Assembly: GCA_000934665.2 (NCBI GenBank)
Contig: KZ538336.1
Location: 61,812-81,811, forward strand
Reading direction: 5' to 3'
Origin: Catajapyx aquilonaris
Lineage: Eukaryota
Length of the DNA: 20,000 nt
Position 1 is the stretch's first letter; the number at the start of each line of letters is the position of its first letter. Shown here one piece after another: positions 11,331 through 20,000 of this stretch. Below the pieces are notes generated by a model. It did not search any database. It saw only the letters and a list, made by a program, of their open reading frames with translations, and was not told the origin of the DNA. The position numbers and the translations under genes are program-made.

Positions 11331-11411
11331 GCTCACCCTCGTTACACGGGCACAGCCTACGACACTTCCATCACCTCAACTTATCCTAATAGTACATTTT
11401 TTTTCTTCCAG

Positions 11412-11636
11412 GTGTTTCACCTGTGTGCAAAGGTGCAGAACAAGGTGGTGATGAAGAGCTTTAGATGTCCAGAAGAGACCATTTTCGACCAGGAGGTGCT
11501 GAGGTGCAACTGGTCACTGTACGTCAACTGTGAGGAGTCAAAGGACAAGTATCACTTCAACAAATTCTTGTCGCAGAGTTACATGTTCCTCAAGATCCTC
11601 GGCGAGTTTTCATCAAACTACAAGAAACAAGCGTGA
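11412..11636 (+). CDS. Chitin-binding protein, last coding exon (rest of chitin-binding type-2 / peritrophin-A / CBM14 domain)
   Basis: Acceptor ttttttttcttccag (AG 11410-11411), phase 0. The joined peptide C-NQQEHFPGLYADEQLH-C-KVFHL-C-...-SFR-C-PEETIFDQEVLR-C-NWSLYVN-C has the six-Cys ChtBD2 pattern with G-x-YAD, F-H-x-C and C-P-x-x-T-x-F-D-Q motifs. Stop TGA 11634-11636. Confidence 0.92.
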   Translation: MFHLCAKVQNKVVMKSFRCPEETIFDQEVLRCNWSLYVNCEESKDKYHFNKFLSQSYMFLKILGEFSSNYKKQA

Positions 11637-12279
11637 TTTCATGGCATTGTCTTTAAAATAATCGCTCAATGTTTTATTTCCCCCCATGAGACTGAAACAT
11701 GTTCCGTCTGCATTATAGGTGGACTTTCCAAGTTTTCAGTTTTGAGAGAGCTTTAAGTGGTAGCTAACGAAATTTATAATGATTATTATTGTGGTCTGTG
11801 TTTGCAACCGGGGGTGTGTTTTGGACCCAGTTTTGCATACGTCTAGTCGGTAGTTGAATAGACTGCTCTTATGCCCCCCTGAATACAATGTCAGTGGAGA
11901 TAAAAGGAACACTGCTGCGCATCAAAGTGCGCGTGTGCACATCATAAGGCCATTAAAAGTGTAACCGTCCCTTGCGAGTGCACTATTACTTCAACAGGGT
12001 TACTATTTTATATAGACTCGTTTATTTGCTGTCTGAATTATTTTTGAGTAGTTTTTTACACACCGTTGGAAATATCGTTTCAAATGACTCGATAATAAAT
12101 ATTATGGAATCGATTTGATTGAATATTGTTACCAGCCAGATTGATCCTATTATAAGGAGATTAACTCAAATTGCTGGAAAATTGCTTTAAAAACTCTACT
12201 GAAAACGACTGAAAATAATTTTGAGAGCTTTTTTCCGACTCTCCCACTGCGAGCCCAACTCTGTACAGTATGTTTCTTT

Positions 12280-12316
12280 AATAAAAGGTGTACAAAAATG
12301 CGATTGTTGTGTTTTG
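12280..12316 (+). terminator. Candidate polyadenylation signal of the chitin-binding protein gene
   Basis: AATAAA at 12280-12285 followed about 20 nt later by a GU-rich element (ttgttgtgttttg). An alternative AATAAA lies at 12094-12099. Confidence 0.5.
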
Positions 12317-12979
12317 CTAATGAAAAACTATATCACTTAGAATGTTCATGTGTATTTTGCAACTAGATGACATGTTTGATTTTTTTCTCTCTCTCTCGAA
12401 TGAAGTAGCCCATTTGGAACAACGTACCCAATTTGTACTGGTGCAATTGAGGATAATAGATGCATTTCCCGCCCATTCTCTGTAATCACCTGGATCGAAG
12501 AGGACAGAGGAGTTCAACAGAGGCCAGCAGTCAAAAAGTGGGATAGACAAATGCAAAATTATGTCACAGTGTCACTAATACACACCATTTATTCAGGACG
12601 AGGCTGTCAGTTGACAACATGTGCTGCCAGAGGACAGCGCACACCCTGTCAAGTTGGATCTTCTCTGCCCATATGCAAAAGAAGTCGTCTTTCCGTTACT
12701 TGGTGAGTTCATTGGTAAGTTCAGATGCAATGTGGCATGACCAGTCAAAATGTGGGCTGAACTTGAGGCAATATTTCAGTGAATTTTTTAAAACTTTCCA
12801 CCTGCCTATTAACAATTCACAGTACACACATAGCGTACTGTATACAGTAGGATAATGACATCAAAACTTGCCTAGTGGTCAACTGACCTGCCCGTTAAAG
12901 TATCGAACGGCACAAAAATATTTCGCAGCAATGAGCATTCATGTTCTGAGTACTGAGTCAGTAGGACACATTATCAGTC

Positions 12980-14860
12980 ATGTTAGCTACTTTGAGCTGC
13001 ATTTTGGCAATTTTAAAAATAGTTGGCACTTTACCTAACATTGTGCCTATTAGTCAAACAGGAGGAGTAGAGTTATTACTGTCACTCCTGAAACATCCAC
13101 AACTGTCTAACTGCACTGTTGGCTTCATGATCGAAAATGACTTCAGGAATCAGCTGATTGAAACAATATCCACTAAAGCAGCTCAGATGGTAGTGAACAT
13201 CAACAATCCAAGCTGCACTTACATCGCACCAGTAATTCAACAAAGCGGACAATGCCAGCTGAACGTGTATTACTCAAGACCTGAGATGTTCCCTAGATTT
13301 GTGACTAGCCTCGGGCAAACCTACAGGGGTGCTCGTCTTACTAGGGACTACAACCTGTTCTACAGCGTGAGTCAACTCATACCTGCAGAATTTCTGTTGA
13401 GTTGCCGTGAACTCAAATACGTGATGGGGATAGGGCATGTCAACGAATCACGTCAGTGGGTGTCTCTTTGTCACTACTGCAACAATGGTGATCCTGCTCT
13501 CATTCAGATGGAAGGTACGGCCGATGCAGACCTGTTTCCGGACACAACTTCAAACTTTCATGGCAGAACAATCACTGGCGTTGGAGACAAGTGGTCACTA
13601 ATGCTGCTGGATTTATCGTTAGCTTTGAATTTTTCAGTAGGAACGATATTGCCGGAGCTAGACTTTGACACTGTGACTAGCAACGTGACATACATAGATG
13701 TAAGTTTGCGCATTTTGAAAGAGTATCGGAAATACGTGTATGAAACTCAGCCTTACTTTTTTGACGTGCCCAAGTTCATCGTAGAAAAACCGCATCTAAC
13801 AATTGACTGGTCACTTCTGACAAAGCCTTTTAATATGGAAGTGTGGGGTTGCTTATTAGCCACATTTATCTTTAATTTAATCGTACTTTACTATTTGTCT
13901 AAGACACTTCAGGTGTCTGAATCCTTTACGAACTTAGTGCTGTCCAACTTATATCCTCCTATGGTTGAACAAGAAGCAAGAGTTCCTGCAAACACGACTC
14001 TCAGAATTGTGATGACATTTTGGATAATTCTCTGCATCATTCTGAACACGCCGTACTCTTCAAAATTAACTTCGTACATAATGAGCCCTAATGTGGATCA
14101 CATTGAAACCGTTGAACATTTGAAGGACCGCAATTACGAAATGGGAACATACCTTTACATTAATTATCCTACTTACACTTTGAACACTCAAGATGGTGCC
14201 ATCAAGGAAGCTATATTGCAACTGGAGGACGTGACTTTGGACGACTGCATGGTACGTATTTTCGACAGCAAGTTTTCCTGCTTGGGAACATCTTTAACAT
14301 TTGACTTTTTGTATGCAGTAGATAGTATGAACAAATTTCATGAAGAAAACGTGAATGTTGTGGATGCAAACCTTCCTCCAGGGTTGTATTCCCTGCGTGT
14401 GCCCAAGTATTGCAATTACTACGAGGCTGTGGACAGAGTGATTCTTCGTTACTGGAGTTCAGGACTGCAACATTTCCAATTTGAAACTTTTCTAAGATTT
14501 TTCAGGTACATGAAAATGTACATGTTATATCGACAGGGCCTGATATTTGATTGGAGTTACAGAGGTAAGAAGATTACTCTGACAACTATGTCCGTCGCTT
14601 TTATTCTACTTGTTGCTGGATTTGCAATTGCTGTTGTGTGTTTTAGCTTTGAATTAATTCCACATTGCGAACTACTCTATTTCAAGTACTCAGTTTCGTG
14701 CAGGTGCCATCAACTTGTTCTTTATTTTAGACAGCTTGGAAGACGTCTCATGTCTCACTACAATGCATGCCAGGTTAGAATTGTTCACTACTTTCACGTT
14801 GTGCTAACACTGCCTGGTAGAGCAAAAATATTGGTTGAAAAATTGCGTACAAAGGAGTAG
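12980..14860 (+). CDS. Divergent ionotropic receptor (IR; variant ionotropic glutamate receptor family), intronless, copy A, 626 aa
   Basis: Signal peptide and short N-terminus without an ATD. FPDTTSNFHG at the S1 start; QPY..KFIV; pre-M1 LLTKPFNMEVW plus TM1; pore VEQ; LRIVMTFWIILCIILNTPYSSKLTSYIMSP (TM2, YxxxLxS); S2 end VPKYCNYYEAVDRVILRYWSSGL; TM3 AFILLVAGFAIAVVCFSFE. These are hallmark arthropod IR motifs. Confidence 0.9.
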   Translation: MLATLSCILAILKIVGTLPNIVPISQTGGVELLLSLLKHPQLSNCTVGFMIENDFRNQLIETISTKAAQMVVNINNPSCTYIAPVIQQSGQCQLNVYYSRPEMFPRFVTSLGQTYRGARLTRDYNLFYSVSQLIPAEFLLSCRELKYVMGIGHVNESRQWVSLCHYCNNGDPALIQMEGTADADLFPDTTSNFHGRTITGVGDKWSLMLLDLSLALNFSVGTILPELDFDTVTSNVTYIDVSLRILKEYRKYVYETQPYFFDVPKFIVEKPHLTIDWSLLTKPFNMEVWGCLLATFIFNLIVLYYLSKTLQVSESFTNLVLSNLYPPMVEQEARVPANTTLRIVMTFWIILCIILNTPYSSKLTSYIMSPNVDHIETVEHLKDRNYEMGTYLYINYPTYTLNTQDGAIKEAILQLEDVTLDDCMVRIFDSKFSCLGTSLTFDFLYAVDSMNKFHEENVNVVDANLPPGLYSLRVPKYCNYYEAVDRVILRYWSSGLQHFQFETFLRFFRYMKMYMLYRQGLIFDWSYRGKKITLTTMSVAFILLVAGFAIAVVCFSFELIPHCELLYFKYSVSCRCHQLVLYFRQLGRRLMSHYNACQVRIVHYFHVVLTLPGRAKILVEKLRTKE

Positions 14861-15542
14861 CTTAAATTTGCGCGACCTTGACCACTCTGAGCACATCAAA
14901 TTAGCAAAATTTTGTAATTAAATATGTCAGCTCACACCATATCATTAAAGGAAATGTGTCATGCCAACATTTGTCTTCAATACATTATTAGTTGCCTAAG
15001 AGAGGCTTGTGCTGCTGCCTTGTACACATAGAGTCAAAAAGTTACTAATGCCATTGTCAATATATTCCTTGATGGTAGATATCTACTTATTCTTTTTCTG
15101 TTTTACTTTGGAATCAATTCCAGAAGGCAGTGACTTGCCGCTGCAAATTACTGTCTGTTAGTAAACATTAACTTATGTCCAACATGTCGGATATGAATTA
15201 TTTATTTTAGACACCTTCGAGAGGTATATATTTGAAGTGTCAAAACTTGTCCCCATTGTTTTGTACCTCTCTAACATTAGTAGCTAAAGCAAACTTTGTG
15301 GAAAAGGGTCCGTATTTGCAAGCTTCTGACTTCTTGAACTCAAATTGCTGGTCAACATACTGCTTGCCACTATAATTTTCAGGAGAAATAATATCGTCTC
15401 AGAAAATGCAAACTCCTGTCTATGTAATTACTATCATAGGGAACAATGGCGTGTATTAGTATCACTGACCTATTGTGTCATATAGCAAACTGTACGTCGC
15501 AGATGTGTTCAGTCTCCATAGAGGACAAGGGTTGCAAGAATC

Positions 15543-17258
15543 ATGGCAACATTGCTAATATTAACTGTATTGGGAATAACTTATTGTTCAGCAAACGTGA
15601 TGTTGCATCCAAATAACCAATCCGAAATTCAGTTTCGAGAACTATTATCAATTTTGAAGCATCCAAAATTGTCGAATTGCACCGTTTCGCATGTGGTTGA
15701 AAGTGGTTTGAATATCCCGCTGGAATTTTTTGTGGTTAACAAAGTTGTGAACCTTAACAAACCGGTTGGAAATAACAAACTAACACCAGTGACATCACAG
15801 CAAAGTGGACACTGTCAGCTTAACGTGTATTACATCCTACCGGAGCAGGTAACGCTCATGAACTTGTACAGAGGCCCACAGTTGTTTCGAGACTACAACT
15901 TGTTCTACACGGATCAGAAAGACGCATTTCTGAACCACTCTAAACTGAAGTATGTAATGATAGTGGACAATACTGGACACCAATTGTCATTGTGCCATTA
16001 CTGCAATGATGGCAAACCTGCTCTGATTGAAACTGGGGACAATTATTTTCCAGACACGACCTCAAATTTCCATGGAAAACATGTCACTGCTGTGGGAACT
16101 ACAAACGGTTGGATGTTACTGTATCTGTCCAAAGCTTTAAACTTTACATACAATAATATTTTAATCCAGTTAGACGACAACAGTCTGAACACCTCGTTCA
16201 TCGACACTGGATTGTGCGTCGAAAAAAGATATTTACAGCACATCTCTACTAGTCAACCTTACCTGTTTGACTCACCGCAATGGATCATAGAAAAACAGTA
16301 TCCTATACTCCCATGGTCAGTCCTGACCCGACCTTTTCAATGGACGGTATGGGCCTGCTTTTTAATTACATTTATGTTAACTTTAACATCAATTTACATC
16401 ATATCTCGGATGTTAAAAATGCCCAAATCCTGCATAACCATTGTTGTATCCTACCTGTTTCCTTCAATTGTGGATCAAGAGGCAAAGATGCTTTCAAACA
16501 TTTCTCTAAGAATCATTTTGATGTTTTGGATCACCCTCTGCATGATCATCAACACTCTTTACTCCGCAAAGATCACTTCTTACATAACTGATCCACATGT
16601 TGATGACATAAAATCAGTTGGGGGTTACCACCAGGGGACATACATGAACATATTTCTGCCCAACTATGTCCTGAATTCAGAAGAGAGTGTGACAAGTCAT
16701 GTCATATCAAATTTGGAAGATGTTCCTTGGAAGACATGCATGTTGCGAATTTTTCATGAAAAATTCGCGTGCTTTGGAACGAGTTTTATTTTCGAATTGT
16801 TTTACAGCAGCGATTTTTTAAATGATTTGCACGAAGATAGAGTAGGTTTTGTGCCAGGTAATTTACCTTCTGGTATGTACTCTGTGAGGGTACCTAAAAA
16901 TTGCAATTATTACGAGGCTGTTGATAGTGCCATTCTTCGCTTCTGGAGTTTCGGATTGCAAAATTTCATGTTCGAACGTTTCATGAGACTTTTGCGATAC
17001 TGGAAAATGTACAGTTTGCATAAGAATGGGTTCATACCTAGCTGTAAGAAAATCAAGCTTGTTACATTGACAGTACCATTTATGCTTCTTATTATCGGAT
17101 GTGGATTGTCATTAATTTGCTTTGTTATTGAAATGTTGCGAAATATGAACTGTTTACGCACTTTGAAAGCAACAATATGGTGCACATACTGGGAGTGCGT
17201 TATTTACTATCGAAAATTACGTGCACGCTTTATTCGTGAAATTGGGCAAAATTTCTAG
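15543..17258 (+). CDS. Divergent ionotropic receptor (IR), intronless, copy B, 571 aa; tandem paralog of copy A
   Basis: Same topology. Shared blocks with copy A: LKHPxLSNCTV, QQSGxCQLNVYY, RDYNLFY, SLCHYCNxGxPALI, FPDTTSNFHG, LTxPFxxxVW, LRIxxxFWIxLCxIxNTxYSxKxTSYIxxP, RVPKxCNYYEAVDxxILRxWSxGLQ. Confidence 0.9.
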   Translation: MATLLILTVLGITYCSANVMLHPNNQSEIQFRELLSILKHPKLSNCTVSHVVESGLNIPLEFFVVNKVVNLNKPVGNNKLTPVTSQQSGHCQLNVYYILPEQVTLMNLYRGPQLFRDYNLFYTDQKDAFLNHSKLKYVMIVDNTGHQLSLCHYCNDGKPALIETGDNYFPDTTSNFHGKHVTAVGTTNGWMLLYLSKALNFTYNNILIQLDDNSLNTSFIDTGLCVEKRYLQHISTSQPYLFDSPQWIIEKQYPILPWSVLTRPFQWTVWACFLITFMLTLTSIYIISRMLKMPKSCITIVVSYLFPSIVDQEAKMLSNISLRIILMFWITLCMIINTLYSAKITSYITDPHVDDIKSVGGYHQGTYMNIFLPNYVLNSEESVTSHVISNLEDVPWKTCMLRIFHEKFACFGTSFIFELFYSSDFLNDLHEDRVGFVPGNLPSGMYSVRVPKNCNYYEAVDSAILRFWSFGLQNFMFERFMRLLRYWKMYSLHKNGFIPSCKKIKLVTLTVPFMLLIIGCGLSLICFVIEMLRNMNCLRTLKATIWCTYWECVIYYRKLRARFIREIGQNF

Positions 17259-17652
17259 CCGGCGTCAAAATGTTACGAAACTACTTTCGACAATTTCTCA
17301 CCTTGCATATTACAAGGTGTTATACAAGATCCTTACTGGAAGCTGTGCCACATAATGACTTTCTCGGGAGGAGCTTTTTGGGAACAGAAATCGAAAGCGA
17401 CAAACCATTGGACAAGATTTACATCTCCCCCTTCCAAAAAGAGCAAAAGAAACGCATTAACCAAAGGGGATGGCCCACCTTGTATAATAAAGTGTCGAGT
17501 GACACTTAGGCTCGGGTGCAGCATAACTCATAAACATTTAGAAAGGCATAACCTCAAATGTGACAAGCCCTTCTCGCGCAACTCGCACATATTAGCACTT
17601 ATTAATAAATCGGAAGATTTATTCCGAGTGAAATTTTACTCCTTGCTTTGTA

Positions 17653-18427
17653 CAGGGTGGTGCACTGCTCAAGTACAAGGTGTTTGGCAAAATATTAAAA
17701 ATTAAGTTAAACAAAAAAATTACAAATTAGTTATTAATATTAATGAAAATTAATTTTTTGCCCGACTAATTTCTCTACGATTTAGTTTCAGATATCCGAT
17801 ATTTTTGATATTTGGCAGCATTTTTCGATATCTTTGATATTTATATATGAATTTCTGATTTTAACTGTAGATATTTTTCTATTATGTGCATTTTTATTGA
17901 CGATAATTATTGCCTGAGTAATTCTTCTACGATCTTAGTTTACGATATTTGTCGATGTTTTACGACATATTAATGTTTGGAAATATTTTTGATATTAGGC
18001 GATATTTTTTAGTGCAAAAGTTTTAGGCTCAATATGATTTTTCATTGCATTAGTAATTTTTCTACGATTTAGTTTACGATATTTGTGGATATTTTACGAT
18101 ATTTCGATGTTTGAAAATATTTTTCGATATTTCAATGCTTGAAACTATTTTTCGATATCTTTGACGTTTGGAAAGATTGTTTGATATCTTCAATATTTCG
18201 CGATATTTTTCGATATCTTTGATCTGGCAATATTTTTCGATATCTTTAATATTTCGCGATATTTCTCGATATCTGTAATATTTCTGCGTCCTTTTGATAC
18301 TTGTGGATATTTCATGCAATTTTCTATGATAAATTTTTGACACATGTATACAGTAGGCTATCAACAATATTTCTCGATGAGTCTAAACTTTCACACCAAA
18401 TAGTCCCATGAGCAATGCACCACCCTG
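17653..18427. mobile_element. Non-autonomous DNA transposon (MITE), 775 bp, probably Tc1/mariner-superfamily-like
   Basis: Left end CAGGGTGGTGCACTGCTCA (17653-17671); the right end reverse-complemented reads CAGGGTGGTGCATTGCTCA (18409-18427), 18/19 identical. Flanks are TA (left) and TG (right), an imperfect TA TSD. The AT-rich interior is made of CGATATT repeats with no transposase. Confidence 0.75.
17767..18380. repeat. Degenerate (TTT)CGATAT(T/C) tandem array with ~135-150 bp higher-order repeats inside the MITE
   Basis: TAATT..TCTACGAT(C)TTAGTTT block starts at 17767, 17919 and 18054. Dense tttcgatat units span about 18090-18300. Confidence 0.85.
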
Positions 18428-20000
18428 TGCGACAAGTGAAACTTATCTGGTCAATTTCACCTTGACAGCCAAACTCATGTCAGCCTGGAACCGTACTCAG
18501 CTTAATTAAATCCTCATCCGTTATGTACACAGGAATGATTTTAAGGAACAGGTGGTCAGCCTCCTTTCTCCGCCATTTTTTTTGTCCACTCCATCTAGTT
18601 GGTGGTAACGCCAATATGCAACCGGACATGTATGAGAAATGGGTTAAACAGACGGTTAATCCAGTGAGTTGAAGATGCTGACAAGGGTTTCTGCAGAATA
18701 GTGTCTCAATTGGCAACACTAAGAAGTGTCACGGATTAGAGCCAGTCTCTTTTGTGGACTGCTGTCATGTTTTTCTTTTATATATTAATCGACATGTACA
18801 TTGTGAGAGTACCTCCCGCAGTAAATGCGTAACGCTTGTCTCCCACGAAAATTGGATTACAAAAAAAGAAAACTGGTTCGAGGCATACCGGGCACTTGTC
18901 GTTTATGCAAAGGATTACGAACGACGTTTCTTGAGAAGTAGGTCTGGACTCTTCAAGGTTTCATTACGAAAAAAAAAAGGGGGAGGTACTGGACTAGAAA
19001 AATCTGTTTGGTTGTGACAGGTGTCGGCCAGAAAAAAAATGAACAAGTGTCAAAAATGTCGAGATTCAAAAATTTTGTAACAAATGTCGTAAAAATGGGA
19101 ACAAAATATTGATTTGCTCAATGCGAGTGATATTTCAAATAGTATTGTACACCGGTGTACATTAGGTGTAATTTTTGTACTAATAATAAAATCGTGTTGT
19201 TTACCGATTCGTAGCGTGCACGTAATTTACTACCATGACTTTTTTTTAAAACAAAAAAAAGAGAGGAAGAGACTTAATAGCAGACGTCTCCTCCAATAAA
19301 AATTCTTCTTATGGTCCGAAAAGGTCGTCGCAAGCAAGTTTTCACGTTCTAATTCTCTTAAATGCTACTGCACAATGCAATCTGACCTTGTCCGTTACCG
19401 CGAATGGCTGGCTGGCTGGCTCGCACAACAACACAAAAAAATATGTATATGGCGGATATACTGTATGGAATGGGACATTTCTGACATAATCTTCTGACAA
19501 GGTGTTCCATTTCTTTACATTTGATTTGCCTTATTCAAACATCCGACATATGGTCCTTTCTCTTTTTTTCAGTTGTAGAAATATATTTAACAACAATGTG
19601 TGACATCAGCTATAGTCAAATTAGTTGCGAGTTCAATATTACCCAGGGTTAATTTTTAATTTTTTAAATGTAAGTGTCATATATGTAAATTTCACGTAAA
19701 TAAATGGTGTCCAGCCTAGCTACCTATTGATGACCCAGGACCTTGACCAGTGCCACCTTGTACACACTTGTAATTGTTATGTTTTCCTGAATATTATTCA
19801 CTCCAATGTCCTTGGTAAGGTTCTGACACTTTACGAGAGCCATTATAACTGGACCCAACCAACCAACACAAAAAAACGTGTTTCTGATGCTTCGTGCAAA
19901 CCCTGTAATTTTGCAATGGATTTCCCAAACTGAAACAAATGTTGTCCCCATGACAAGGGTCGTGTCGTCTCGTAATAGATACGTCCCAATATCCCCCCCC

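Noticed and set aside
8787..11336. Several - strand ORFs opposite the large exon, and short ORFs overlapping IR copy B
   Set aside because: Antisense or alternate-frame shadows of coding or repeat sequence, with no recognisable motifs.
8477..11389. 970-aa ORF as a single-exon gene with its own signal peptide
   Set aside because: It starts at a TTG in intronic sequence. A clear acceptor at 8548 and donor at 11177 exist, and ChtBD2 is only complete after splicing.
18074..18367. 97-aa - strand ORF with KDIEKY repeats
   Set aside because: Translation of the CGATAT array inside the MITE; not transposase-like.
18430..20000. Short ORFs and isolated splice-like signals (AG 19571-19572, GTAAGT 19670) near the window end
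   Set aside because: No recognisable protein motif or phase-consistent exon chain. Could be UTR of a neighbouring gene but is unsupported here.

Overview
Eukaryotic, intron-containing, AT-rich genomic DNA, almost certainly from an arthropod (inferred from gene content; the taxon cannot be fixed). Contents in order: (1) the first coding exon of a secreted glycoside hydrolase family 1 gene (beta-glucosidase/lactase-phlorizin/myrosinase-like) on the - strand, running off the window start through a repeat-filled intron; (2) a divergently transcribed 5-exon + strand gene reconstructed by hand (3620-3674, 7972-8106, 8257-8369, 8549-11176, 11412-11636; all GT-AG, phases compatible; 1051 aa). It encodes a signal peptide, a small Cys/Gly/Phe-rich N-terminal module, about 850 aa of Pro/Gln/His-rich low-complexity sequence and one C-terminal chitin-binding type-2 (peritrophin-A) domain; (3) two tandem, intronless, paralogous divergent ionotropic receptor (IR, variant iGluR) genes with unusually short S1 lobes; (4) a 775-bp MITE with 19-bp TIRs, plus smaller repeats and palindromes. 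No prokaryotic-type system, CRISPR array or RNA gene is supported. The best leads are the unassigned N-terminal module of the chitin-binding protein and the truncated ligand-binding lobes and acidic pore motif of the IR pair.
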